Source of the DNA: Candidatus Ratteibacteria bacterium
Lineage (GTDB): Bacteria > Ratteibacteria > UBA8468 > B48-G9 > DTJG01
Direction of reading: 5' to 3'
NCBI GenBank assembly: GCA_049971295.1
Contig: JBMFLH010000038.1
Location: 1 to 16,998, forward strand
Length of the DNA stretch: 16,998 nucleotides
Of the stretch, positions 1 to 8,760 are shown in pieces (position 1 is the stretch's first letter; every line of letters begins with the position of its first letter). A program made the translations under genes and the position numbers. The notes beneath the pieces were generated by a model. It saw only the letters and a list, made by a program, of their open reading frames with translations, was not told the DNA's origin and did no database searches.

Positions 1-37
1 CGCTCCAATTCAAATCCCCTATCATGGAAAGAAAAAG

Positions 38-111
38 GGTGGGTGAGGGGATTTGAACCCCCGGCATCCAGAGCCACAGTCTGGCGCTCTATCCGCTGAG
101 CTACACCCACC
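38..111 (-). tRNA. tRNA-His (GUG), G-1 encoded, 3' CCA not encoded
   Basis: Reverse complement folds as a cloverleaf: G-1, acceptor GTGGGTG/CACCCAC, discriminator C73, D-arm GCTC/GAGC, anticodon arm CCAGA-CTGTGGC-TCTGG, T-arm GGGGG-TTCAAAT-CCCCT. It is followed by CTTTTT rather than CCA. Confidence 0.96.
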
Positions 112-121
112 ATCAGACATA

Positions 122-155
122 TTATTTTACACAAAATCTGAATTGAGTAAAATAA
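122..155. promoter_or_regulatory. Overlapping divergent sigma70-like promoters within an inverted repeat
   Basis: Plus: TTTACA(126-131)-16-TAAAAT(148-153). Minus: TTTACT(151-146)-16-TAAAAT(129-124), ending about 12 nt before the tRNA 5' end. Confidence 0.55.
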
Positions 156-185
156 ATTATAACTTTTCCGCAAAAGGGATGGTTC

Positions 186-596
186 ATGAAAATATTATAT
201 CAACTTTGTCTCGCAGGGATACTGGGTATGTTCATCATTTCAGGATGTGTTCAAAAAGAAATTGCCTTTTCAGTTTCCTTATCAGAGGAAAATAAAATGG
301 AAACAGAACTGAGCGTAAAAACAGGCGATGTATTCAAGATTGAACTTGAATCCAATGCTACAACTGGTTATCAATGGTTTGTTAAGTACGACCATAAGTT
401 TTTAAATCTCAAAAAAAGTGAATATGTTTCGCCTGTTTCTCAAAAGTTAGTTGGAAGTCCAGGAAAACAGATCTTTGTTTTTAATGCCGTGAAAAATGGT
501 GAAACAAATATTGAATTTACATATAAAAGGTACTGGGAAAAAGATAAGCTTCCTGCGAAAACTATAGTGTATAAAATAAGGATTGTGAAGGATTAG
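186..596 (+). CDS. Protease inhibitor I42 (chagasin) family lipoprotein
   Basis: Lipoprotein signal ending ISGC; chagasin loop motifs LESNATTGYQW, VGSPG and YKRYWE. Confidence 0.88.
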   Translation: MKILYQLCLAGILGMFIISGCVQKEIAFSVSLSEENKMETELSVKTGDVFKIELESNATTGYQWFVKYDHKFLNLKKSEYVSPVSQKLVGSPGKQIFVFNAVKNGETNIEFTYKRYWEKDKLPAKTIVYKIRIVKD

Positions 597-600
597 TCAA

Positions 601-1359
601 ATGTTTGATCTTAAAGGGAAAAAGGCGCTTGTAACAGGAGGTAATTCTGGAATTGGTTTTGGAATTGCAAAGGCACTTGTTCAATCTGGAGTAACAGTTA
701 TCATTGTTGGAAAAGACAATAAAAAAAATAAAAATGCACTATTTGAATTAAAGAAAATCAATGATGCTTGTGATGCATTTCAATTTGATTTACAAAATTA
801 TAGAAAAATTCCAGAATTTTTTAAAAATCTCATAGTTAAATTTGATGCTTTTGATATTCTTATTAATTGCGCGGGAATTACCATACGAAAAAGGGCAGAC
901 CTGTTATCAATTGATGAGTGGGAAAAGATTATTGCTGTGAACCTTACGAGTTGTTTTGTACTGACAACTCAATGGGCGAGATCTTTAATCAAAAAAAATC
1001 AAAGCGGTTCCTGTGTGATTGTTTTGTCGTTGATGTCAGAGGTAGCAAGACCTACGACCTCTGCCTATGGAGCATCAAAAGCAGCCTTGAAGCAACTTGT
1101 ACGGTCCTTTGCGGTTGACTGGGGAAAATTTAATATTCGTATAAATGGCATTTCCCCGGGATATATAAAAACAGAGCTCACTGAACCACTCTACAACGAT
1201 TCTGAATTTTCCAATTGGATAATCAAAAGAACTCCTCTTGGAAGGTGGGGAACACCTGAGGACATTGGACCTTTAGCGGTTTTTCTATGTTCGGATGAAG
1301 CATCGTTTATTACAGGCCATACTGTATTTGTTGATGGCGGTTTTCTGGCTTCATTATAA
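601..1359 (+). CDS. SDR oxidoreductase, gluconate 5-dehydrogenase (IdnO)/KduD-like
   Basis: TGGNSGIG Rossmann motif, NCAG, YGASK catalytic YxxxK, PGYIKTELT and a KRTPLGRWG...VDGG C-terminus typical of the IdnO/KduD group; SD AAGGA upstream. Confidence 0.85.
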   Translation: MFDLKGKKALVTGGNSGIGFGIAKALVQSGVTVIIVGKDNKKNKNALFELKKINDACDAFQFDLQNYRKIPEFFKNLIVKFDAFDILINCAGITIRKRADLLSIDEWEKIIAVNLTSCFVLTTQWARSLIKKNQSGSCVIVLSLMSEVARPTTSAYGASKAALKQLVRSFAVDWGKFNIRINGISPGYIKTELTEPLYNDSEFSNWIIKRTPLGRWGTPEDIGPLAVFLCSDEASFITGHTVFVDGGFLASL

Positions 1360-2196
1360 TAAAGTTTTCCTGAAATGGCTGAGGATCAGCTTTCTTACAA
1401 AAAAGATGTGAGTGAGAAAAAAGTGAGCGCATCTTAACCAGTATATTTCTGGTTTCCCAATGGATTCCCACAATTTCAAAGTATACACTGGCTTGACAGA
1501 TGTATCGTATTTAGCATTAATCATCAAAACATTGTTCAATTTTCTGGCATAGGTTAGGGGGTCAATGCTTTTCCATCGCGAAATAAGCGTTTGTTTGTCA
1601 ATGAGACCAAATAATTTTCTTTTATAAATTCTTGCAATAAAATCTCGTGAATCCCATAGCATGTTTGCCAGATCTCCACCACCGACGATATAAATTCCAG
1701 AAGAAATTCGCAAATCAATTAAGTGGACAAGGTTTGCAATGGTTGCTCCAAGGCTGATACCAAGAATTCCGATTTTTTCATTTTCCTTTTCTAAAAAGTC
1801 AATCGCTTTTCTTACATCAACCACTGCCTGTATTAAGCCATTTTTGAAAATTTCAGGCCAATCTAAATCTTGTGGCAATCGTGTAATTGGTCTTTTTTTG
1901 GAAATTCTTGCAGGTGCATAAGGCATTACCAGGAGAAAAGATGAAAATCCCTTTTTCGCAAGATACCTACAGAGACATTTTGTCATAAATATCATTGAGA
2001 GGCCGTGTATTACTATGATAACTTTCCTGCAATTGTGTATTCTATAATAGAAGCCAGACACTTTATCACATATTTCTAAGCCAGTTGGTCGGCCGGATCG
2101 AAACTTCACCAGAAAAACATCGTAATTTGTTGCTTTCCTGATCAGCGTGACATGGAACTCATCAGTTTTTTGATAATCAAAAATTCCTCTGTACAT
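1354..2196 (-). CDS. Alpha/beta hydrolase
   Basis: IHG oxyanion motif, GISLG nucleophile elbow, candidate Asp in NAKYD and His in CAH. Confidence 0.8.
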   Translation of the reverse strand: MYRGIFDYQKTDEFHVTLIRKATNYDVFLVKFRSGRPTGLEICDKVSGFYYRIHNCRKVIIVIHGLSMIFMTKCLCRYLAKKGFSSFLLVMPYAPARISKKRPITRLPQDLDWPEIFKNGLIQAVVDVRKAIDFLEKENEKIGILGISLGATIANLVHLIDLRISSGIYIVGGGDLANMLWDSRDFIARIYKRKLFGLIDKQTLISRWKSIDPLTYARKLNNVLMINAKYDTSVKPVYTLKLWESIGKPEIYWLRCAHFFLTHIFFVRKLILSHFRKTLL

Positions 2197-2203
2197 GATT
2201 TTT

Positions 2204-2231
2204 ATTTTAATTATGTTGGGAAATTTTGCAA
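2204..2231 (-). promoter_or_regulatory. sigma70-like promoter, probable leaderless start of the hydrolase
   Basis: Minus strand TTGCAA(2231-2226)-16-TAAAAT(2209-2204)-7 nt-ATG(2196); no SD. Confidence 0.5.
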
Positions 2232-2239
2232 TGCTTTGT

Positions 2240-2268
2240 TTGTCAAAGTCGTTCTATCGGGTTATTAT
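2240..2268 (+). promoter_or_regulatory. sigma70-like promoter for the small membrane protein
   Basis: TTGTCA(2240-2245)-17-TATTAT(2263-2268). Confidence 0.5.
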
Positions 2269-2289
2269 TATTCAAAAGGAGGGGGAATT

Positions 2290-2463
2290 ATGGCGAAAAA
2301 ATTTGGGAAAATTGAGATGACTGTCTGGAAGTTTATCCGGCTTGTGATTTTCCTTGTAATCACAATTACTGGCTTTATACTGAGCCACTACAATCCTCAA
2401 TTTGCAACATTTGGCTGGGGATATACATTTGGATTTATCGGAATGGCAATTTTAATTGGTTGA
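2290..2463 (+). CDS. Small hypothetical membrane protein (57 aa, two predicted TM segments)
   Basis: Strong SD AAAGGAGG before ATG 2290, which is in frame with ORF 2152..2463; basic N-terminus followed by two hydrophobic stretches. Confidence 0.7.
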   Translation: MAKKFGKIEMTVWKFIRLVIFLVITITGFILSHYNPQFATFGWGYTFGFIGMAILIG

Positions 2464-2464
2464 A

Positions 2465-3736
2465 TCAAGATGCCATGTTCAATATGATTTCATGTAAATC
2501 CTTGATTTGATCATATTTTGCATAACCACCTGGCTTTGCCCATTTGATTTTTTGTTCTGAAGGAAACTTTCCAGTTTCAATAAATACTTCTGAAATTTTT
2601 TGAATATCTTTTATAGACAGAAGATATTCATTATTATCAACATTGATGCGCTCTATAAATTCTTCTGGTATCTGAGCAATTTTCTTTGCTGCAACATAAA
2701 TAAGTCCATTAAACATTACAAAAGATTCTGTATCAGAAAGAAGTGTCAGAGGCCTTTGATGGATGCCGAGTAGGTAATCAGCATAATACTCTATATTATC
2801 CCTCAAGAGATTTTCATACGATTCTTCCAGCATTTCCTGCTTTCCATTATTCCAGCGTATTTTACATTGTGCATAGAACCCTTTATCATTCGATGCATTA
2901 CCTTCAAATTGAATTTCTGCATTGTCGCAATAAATTTTTTCAATATCTTTGGTCTTTTTTGAACAGGCATGTGTTAATATGAGCCTGATATCCTCTACAT
3001 GTTTTGTGGAGGCGAGAACGAAAACAGTATCCATTCCTTGAATATCATGCACTCTGTATAATTCAGATTGAACTTCCTCCACCGTGTCCCAGGAAAAAAG
3101 ATCTGTTATACCACACCAGAATAAAATGTTATGGATATAATGACTGATTGCATTGCCAAAACACGAGTCAAGGACAAACTTGCCGTCGAGGATAAGCTTA
3201 CCAGCCCATGGAGACCGCCTAAAATATGATGCATACCTTGGCCAATGTCCAATAAAAGTAATTTTCTTTACTTTACCAAATTCGCCTGAAATAATCCTTT
3301 CTTTTATTTTATGTCTTAATTTTTGAATAATGAAGTTAAAGCCAACAGTTGTCTGCCTGATGGCATTTTTTTCATTGATCAGCATCTTCTGGAGTTCAAA
3401 ATAGTCGAGAGTTGGTGGTTTTTCAAGATAAACTGGCAATTTGCGTATCACTGCCTGATTATGCATTTCAGCATGAAGATGAATAGGAGTGGGAATTGTA
3501 ACAAAATTTAGCCTTGAGGAAAAATTGTCAAGCATTTTAATATAGTTATCAAAAAGTTCAACGCCCCGCTTATGAATTTTCAATTCTTTAATTGTCTGAG
3601 TAAATTTTTCCACTTCTATATCGCAGGTACAGAGAAGTTTAATTTTTTTCTTACGTTCGAGTTCATAAACGGCTTTGTGATGTGCTACTGCAAACCCACC
3701 CAATCCAATAATACCCGCATTTAATTGTGAATTCAT
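2465..3736 (-). CDS. Gfo/Idh/MocA family oxidoreductase
   Basis: GIIGLGGFA NAD(P)-binding start, TIPTPIHLH, YLEKPP and VGFN motifs. Confidence 0.9.
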   Translation of the reverse strand: MNSQLNAGIIGLGGFAVAHHKAVYELERKKKIKLLCTCDIEVEKFTQTIKELKIHKRGVELFDNYIKMLDNFSSRLNFVTIPTPIHLHAEMHNQAVIRKLPVYLEKPPTLDYFELQKMLINEKNAIRQTTVGFNFIIQKLRHKIKERIISGEFGKVKKITFIGHWPRYASYFRRSPWAGKLILDGKFVLDSCFGNAISHYIHNILFWCGITDLFSWDTVEEVQSELYRVHDIQGMDTVFVLASTKHVEDIRLILTHACSKKTKDIEKIYCDNAEIQFEGNASNDKGFYAQCKIRWNNGKQEMLEESYENLLRDNIEYYADYLLGIHQRPLTLLSDTESFVMFNGLIYVAAKKIAQIPEEFIERINVDNNEYLLSIKDIQKISEVFIETGKFPSEQKIKWAKPGGYAKYDQIKDLHEIILNMAS

Positions 3737-3741
3737 TTTAG

Positions 3742-4788
3742 CTATCCTTTTGTTAAGTGTTTTCTAACCCACGTCATTGCTTCGATACCGTGCCATCGAT
3801 GTTCACCGTCAAAGACGATGTGTTTAAAAAATTTTTCTTTTACAAGGATTCTGTAAGCCCTTTTGATTGTTTTAATTTGCGAGTATACATTATTCAAGCC
3901 GCTTTTTCCATTAAGGGGGTCTTTTGTACCGGTTTCAACCAGCAATGCTCGCGGTGCAATCAATGCCGCGATGTCGCCCATATCAAGGTATCGATACAAA
4001 TTGGGTACATAATTACAGGAACAGTTTGTACACATTTGAAGGAGAGATTCTTTGTACCCATACATGTAACCACTAATGACACTGCACTTTATTCTGTCAT
4101 CAAGAGCACCTGCCCACAAGGTTTGTAACCCTCCACCTGAAAGACCCACGCATGCAATATTATTTTTTTCTGTATCCTTTCTCGTTCTTATGTAATCAAT
4201 CAACCTGTGCACATCCCATGCCCACATTCCTGTTACGGTCATTCCGAGAGGAATTGCCATATTGTTTAGCCAGAGGCATGAAGATGAAAGGATGTTTCCC
4301 TTTGCCCATTTTTCCTGTCTTTCACCAAAGCCCCTGGCATCAGGACAGAATACCATAAATCCTTGTTTTGCAAATTGCACACCATAATCATAGTTATAGT
4401 GTTTGATGGCATCGGCAATTTCAGGTATATCGGTTCTCCCGGCAACTGAATATTTACCGCCACTTCCATGGCCATGCAATGCTATAACTACAGGAAATTT
4501 TTCATTTTCTTGTTTTGGCTTTAACAAATAAAAAGGCATTACGACATCTGGTTCTGTTTTTATTTCCATGTGTATCCTGTAAAATTCTGGAAACTCAGCA
4601 GTTTCATTGATTTTGGGTTCGGGCTTGCATTTCTGGAACAGGTGATAGCCAATCAATTGTTTGAGTTTTCTTCTTGTTTTTTTCTCCCATTGAATAAATT
4701 CTTCTTTATTCCTTGCGCGAAGGGAAAGTGGTCTCTCCTGCGTCTCAAAACATTTTTCTAAATGCTGGGCTGTTGTATATTTTTCCAT
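3742..4788 (-). CDS. Alpha/beta hydrolase (dienelactone hydrolase / acetyl xylan esterase-like)
   Basis: LHGH, PDARGFGER, GLSGGG nucleophile motif, IAPRAL, candidate Asp in GTKDPL and His in FDGEH; GAGGGG SD upstream. Confidence 0.88.
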   Translation of the reverse strand: MEKYTTAQHLEKCFETQERPLSLRARNKEEFIQWEKKTRRKLKQLIGYHLFQKCKPEPKINETAEFPEFYRIHMEIKTEPDVVMPFYLLKPKQENEKFPVVIALHGHGSGGKYSVAGRTDIPEIADAIKHYNYDYGVQFAKQGFMVFCPDARGFGERQEKWAKGNILSSSCLWLNNMAIPLGMTVTGMWAWDVHRLIDYIRTRKDTEKNNIACVGLSGGGLQTLWAGALDDRIKCSVISGYMYGYKESLLQMCTNCSCNYVPNLYRYLDMGDIAALIAPRALLVETGTKDPLNGKSGLNNVYSQIKTIKRAYRILVKEKFFKHIVFDGEHRWHGIEAMTWVRKHLTKG

Positions 4789-4816
4789 CTATCCCCCTCT
4801 GTTTATATGAAAATAA

Positions 4817-4844
4817 ATTATAAACAAGCAATGAAAAATTGCAA
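4817..4844 (-). promoter_or_regulatory. sigma70-like promoter for the hydrolase-Gfo/Idh/MocA operon
   Basis: Minus strand TTGCAA(4844-4839)-16-TATAAT(4822-4817). Confidence 0.55.
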
Positions 4845-4885
4845 GCAAAAAATTTATTTCTATTCTGCTGAATTTATTGAAAATG

Positions 4886-4894
4886 TGATATACT
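4886..4894 (+). promoter_or_regulatory. Extended -10 promoter, probable leaderless start of the nitroreductase
   Basis: TG-A-TATACT(4886-4894) lies 6 nt before ATG 4901; no SD. Confidence 0.55.
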
Positions 4895-4900
4895 AATATT

Positions 4901-5437
4901 ATGGATTTTCTTGAACTGGTAAAAAACAGACAGAGTGTCAGAGAGTATAGACAGGACTCTGTGCCACAAGAGGTACTTGAACGATGTTTTGAAGCTGCGA
5001 GACTTGCTCCTTCTGCATGCAATTCCCAGCCATGGAGTTTTATTGCGGTTACAGATAAAGAATTGATTACTCAGATTGCAGATAGGGCATTTTCTGGCAT
5101 ATACAGCCTTAACAGTTTTGCAAAAAGTGCTCCGGTTATTGTGGTTGTTATTACTGAACGCTCGCGTTATTCAGCGTGTCTTGGCGGATATTTTCGCGGC
5201 ACCCAGTATAATCTTATTGACATTGGAATTGCTGTTGAACACTTTATACTTCAGGCAACAGAAGAAGGGCTTGGTACATGCTGGATTGGCTGGTTTAACG
5301 AAAAGGAAATTCACAAAATTTTAAACATTCCTTCGAGAAGAAAAATAGATATACTTGTTACTGTGGGTTATCCAGCAAACAGTGAAATCAGGGAAAAGAA
5401 AAGAAAATCTCTTGATGAGATTAGAAAATATAAATAA
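4901..5437 (+). CDS. Nitroreductase family protein
   Basis: RQSVREY, APSACNSQPW, DIGIA and GLGTCWIG motifs; C-terminal KRKSLDE. Confidence 0.93.
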   Translation: MDFLELVKNRQSVREYRQDSVPQEVLERCFEAARLAPSACNSQPWSFIAVTDKELITQIADRAFSGIYSLNSFAKSAPVIVVVITERSRYSACLGGYFRGTQYNLIDIGIAVEHFILQATEEGLGTCWIGWFNEKEIHKILNIPSRRKIDILVTVGYPANSEIREKKRKSLDEIRKYK

Positions 5438-5450
5438 AAGGGAGAGTTCT

Positions 5451-6164
5451 ATGAAAGCAAAAATCGCAGTAGAGTGTTTGATGGTTTTTCTTTTTTCTTC
5501 TGTATGTGTTTTTGCTGCACCGCCAAAATCACTAATCAAAAGAATTAACGAGGCAAAGGAATTTCTTGACGATATTATGGAAGCTCCTGACACTGAAATA
5601 CCTGCAGCCCTGTTTGAAAATTGTAAAGGTATCATCATTATGAAACAATACAAAGCGGGCTTTATTTTTGGTATCAAGGGTGGTTTTGGAGTTGCCCTTG
5701 CGAAGGATGAAAAAACAGGCAAGTGGAGTCCACCGGCATTTGTAAAATCAGGAGAAGGCAGTTACGGTGTTCAAATAGGTGGCCAGGCTGTTGACTCCAT
5801 TTTACTGATAATGAATAAGGAAGGAATGGAAATGTTAATGAAAACAAAGTTTAAACTCGGAGTTGATGGTTCTGTGGCAGCAGGTCCGGTTGGAAGAGAT
5901 GCGTCTGCAAAGCTCGGTCCAGGAACCGCAATTTTGGTATATTCTCGCGCCAAAGGCCTATACGCAGGAGCAACAATTGAAGGTGGGCTAATAATCAATG
6001 ATGACAAAGCAAATGAGCAATTCTATGGTATTAAAGGTATTACGGTTCAGGATATTTTGTTTGCAAATACTGTAGAAATGCCTGATGCTGCCAGACCTTT
6101 AATAGACGCGTTAAAAAAATATGAGATGAGATATAAAGAAATAAGAGAAAAGAAAATGCAATGA
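5451..6164 (+). CDS. Lipid-binding SYLF (Ysc84) domain protein, secreted
   Basis: SD-like AAGGGAG before ATG 5451; signal peptide; KAGFIFG, GSYGVQIGGQ, AAGPVGR and YSRAKGLYAG motifs. Confidence 0.9.
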   Translation: MKAKIAVECLMVFLFSSVCVFAAPPKSLIKRINEAKEFLDDIMEAPDTEIPAALFENCKGIIIMKQYKAGFIFGIKGGFGVALAKDEKTGKWSPPAFVKSGEGSYGVQIGGQAVDSILLIMNKEGMEMLMKTKFKLGVDGSVAAGPVGRDASAKLGPGTAILVYSRAKGLYAGATIEGGLIINDDKANEQFYGIKGITVQDILFANTVEMPDAARPLIDALKKYEMRYKEIREKKMQ

Positions 6165-7406
6165 AAACAACAGAAATCAAAGTGAAAACAGGAACAAACA
6201 GAACTTTACAAAAAGGAGGTTGATGATTGTTATCAGGCTGGTGGGGGAACCGTCAAAATTTCTGCGGGTACATTTTTTATGTTTGATTCTCTCCATCTTC
6301 GCAGCAATGTGAATATTATTGGAACCAAAGGTAAAACCGTTTTGAAAAAATGCAGAACCTTTTCCTCAAAATTGTCGGCAGATCTCGGCCACGGACATTA
6401 CGATGTGTCAGTAGAAAAACCACACTTGTTTAAGCCCGGAATGGGTATATATATCAGAGATACAAACGGTCTGGGTTTTTACGGCACAGTGGCAACTGTG
6501 ACATGGAAAGAAGGGGATAGAATTGGTATAAATAGAATGTTAAACCACGATTATGCGAGAATAAGGAATGCGACGGTTTCAACAGTTTTTCCTGTTGTCA
6601 GTGGATACTATGTCAATAACCTGGGGATAGAAGACATTACAATTGATGGAAATGGAAAGGAAAATGATTTTATAGACGGCTGCCGTGGTGGTGGAATTTT
6701 TCTTTTGCAGTGTCATGGGGTCGAGATAAAAGGCGTCACTGTAAAAAATTATAATGGAGATGGTATCAGTTTTCAACAGTGCACAAAACTTACAATAGAA
6801 GAATGTGAAGTCCTAAATAATTATGGCTCAGGGCTTCATCCTGGAAGTGGGTCTGCAGGCGTGATTATGAGGAACTGTAAAATTAAAGGTAATAGAAAAG
6901 ATGGTGTCTTTTACTGCTTGCGAGTTACCTACACATTACTTGAAAATTGTGAAGTATTAGAAAATAGGAATGATGGTATTTCTATTGGCGCAAGAGATAC
7001 AGACCATATTATCAGAAACAATTTGATAACAAAAAATCACGGGTATGGTATCTATTTTAGAAAGGCAGACAGAGTTATGGGTGGACACAGGAATTTGATT
7101 AATTTCAACACCATTGATAGCAATTGTCAGAAAGAAGGTAGGGCAGAGGTTTTTATAGAAGATATAACCGAGGATATTTGGTTTAAGAAGAATAAAATTC
7201 AGGGTGGAAAAAATTCACTTTATGGAATCGTTGCTGGAAAAGGATGTAGAAGGATTTGTCTCACAAACGACAATGAGTTTGTTGGTGTGAGACATAAGAT
7301 AAGTCCTGACAGCGTTTTTTCATTTACTATGCCAAGAAAAATTTCAGTAGGACCTGACTATTTGGTTAATAAGTCGGTAAGGCATCTGAATATTGAGTTA
7401 CAGTGA
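6161..7406 (+). pseudogene. Right-handed parallel beta-helix protein (pectate lyase 3-like N-terminus), interrupted by a +1 frameshift
   Basis: ATG 6161 overlaps the upstream TGA. Removing one A from the run at 6210-6214 joins MKTTEIKVKTGTNRTLQ to KEVDDCYQAGGGTVKISAGTFF and ORF 6279..7406, which has NxGDGI-type repeats. This may be a sequencing error in an intact gene. Confidence 0.75.
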
Positions 7407-7421
7407 ATTTTGTGTTAATAT
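7393..7421 (+). promoter_or_regulatory. sigma70-like promoter upstream of phosphofructokinase
   Basis: TTGAGT(7393-7398)-17-TAATAT(7416-7421) with a TG extension; an overlapping TATAAT sits at 7419-7424. Confidence 0.5.
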
Positions 7422-7458
7422 AATTGCCCACAGTTATCTGATTTGACCGGGAGGAACA

Positions 7459-8721
7459 ATGAATATACAGGGTAAAAGAATGGGAATTCTTGTTGGAGGA
7501 GGTCCTGCGCCTGGAATCAATGGCGTTATTGGTGCTGCAACAATTGAGACAATCAATCATGGTATTGAAGTTGTGGGTATCTACGATGGATTTAAGTGGC
7601 TATCTCAGGGAGACATTGCCCATACAAAGAAACTTACGATTAATGATGTAATAAAAAGCCGTTTTGATGGTGGTTCAATTCTGAATACTTCGCGTGAAAA
7701 TCCCACAAAAAGTGAAGAAAAGATGAAGAATGTTGTTGATTCACTGAAGAAACTTGGCATCAACTGGCTGGTTACTATTGGTGGGGATGATACCGCGTTT
7801 AGTGCCAGTCAAACATATAAATTTGCGAATGAAAGTATTCGTGTAGCTCATGTGCCAAAAACTATTGATAATGATTTACCACTTCCTGCAAATATGCCCA
7901 CCTTCGGATTTCAAACAGCCAGACATGTTGGTGCAGAACTTGTCGCAAATCTTCTTGAAGACGCACGAACCACACATAGATGGTATCTTGTGGTTGCCAT
8001 GGGAAGAACTGCCGGACACCTTGCACTTGGCATGGGCATTGGTGGTGGTGCCACAGTAACCCTTATTCCTGAAGAATTTAGGAAAACGCCTACCATTGAT
8101 GATGTCTGCAGTATTATTGAGGGCTCCATTTATAAAGCAAAGGCACTGGGGCAGGATTATGGTGTAGTCGTGATTGCTGAAGGAATCGGAGACCTCTTAA
8201 AAGAGGAATTAAAAGATAATCCTCTTGTAATGGTTGAATATGATGAGCACGGACATTTTAGAATGGCTGAAGTGCCATTGTGCTTAATTATCAAGAGGAC
8301 CCTGAATCAGAGATTTCAGAGTAGAGGTGAAAAGGCGCAATTTGTAGATATTACGATAGGATATGAATTAAGATGTGCAAAACCAATACCATTTGATATT
8401 GAATATACACATCAACTCGGGTGTGGAGCCGTGAAATACTTGCTTGATAAAACAGAAGGAGGATATAAATCCGGAGCCCTGATATCAATTCAAGCAGGCA
8501 GGATCGTTCCTATTGCTTTTGATGACATACTTGATCCGAAAACGGGTAAGACTGCTGTAAGAAAGGTTGATGTTTCTGCGGATTATTATTTGGCTGCTCG
8601 GGATCTGATGATCAGGCTTGAAAAATCCGATTTTGAAGACAGGGAAAAACTGGAAAAGATTGCATCCGCAGCAAAGTGTAATATTGAAGAATTTAAGAAA
8701 AGGTACTCTGGATTAATATGA
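7459..8721 (+). CDS. pfp: 6-phosphofructokinase, pyrophosphate-dependent type
   Basis: GGGPAPGIN, GGDDT (second Asp indicates PPi preference), PKTIDND, MGR and GYELR motifs; SD GGGAGG. Confidence 0.9.
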   Translation: MNIQGKRMGILVGGGPAPGINGVIGAATIETINHGIEVVGIYDGFKWLSQGDIAHTKKLTINDVIKSRFDGGSILNTSRENPTKSEEKMKNVVDSLKKLGINWLVTIGGDDTAFSASQTYKFANESIRVAHVPKTIDNDLPLPANMPTFGFQTARHVGAELVANLLEDARTTHRWYLVVAMGRTAGHLALGMGIGGGATVTLIPEEFRKTPTIDDVCSIIEGSIYKAKALGQDYGVVVIAEGIGDLLKEELKDNPLVMVEYDEHGHFRMAEVPLCLIIKRTLNQRFQSRGEKAQFVDITIGYELRCAKPIPFDIEYTHQLGCGAVKYLLDKTEGGYKSGALISIQAGRIVPIAFDDILDPKTGKTAVRKVDVSADYYLAARDLMIRLEKSDFEDREKLEKIASAAKCNIEEFKKRYSGLI

Positions 8722-8760
8722 CACTTGAAAAATTGTAAAAGAATTTTTAACTGGTAAAAG

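Noticed and set aside
9..57. tRNA-His as an integration site with a duplicated att core
   Set aside because: The 12-nt copy is inverted, not direct, and no integrase or other mobile gene is in the window.
53..295. 80-aa plus-strand ORF
   Set aside because: It is antisense to tRNA-His and overlaps the chagasin gene in another frame; no motif.
2152..2289. N-terminal extension of the 103-aa ORF
   Set aside because: It overlaps the hydrolase start and the promoters; the SD supports ATG 2290. The listed starts at 5355, 10563, 13523 and 16016 are overcalled in the same way.
4789..5022. 77-aa minus ORF abutting the hydrolase start (possible readthrough or leader)
   Set aside because: It is mostly antisense to the nitroreductase and crosses the divergent promoter region; the hydrolase has its own SD and promoter.
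6205..6225. Classical -1 programmed frameshift or re-initiation at ATG 6223
   Set aside because: A +1 shift is required, there is no X XXY YYZ heptamer in frame, and ATG 6223 is out of frame with the beta-helix ORF.
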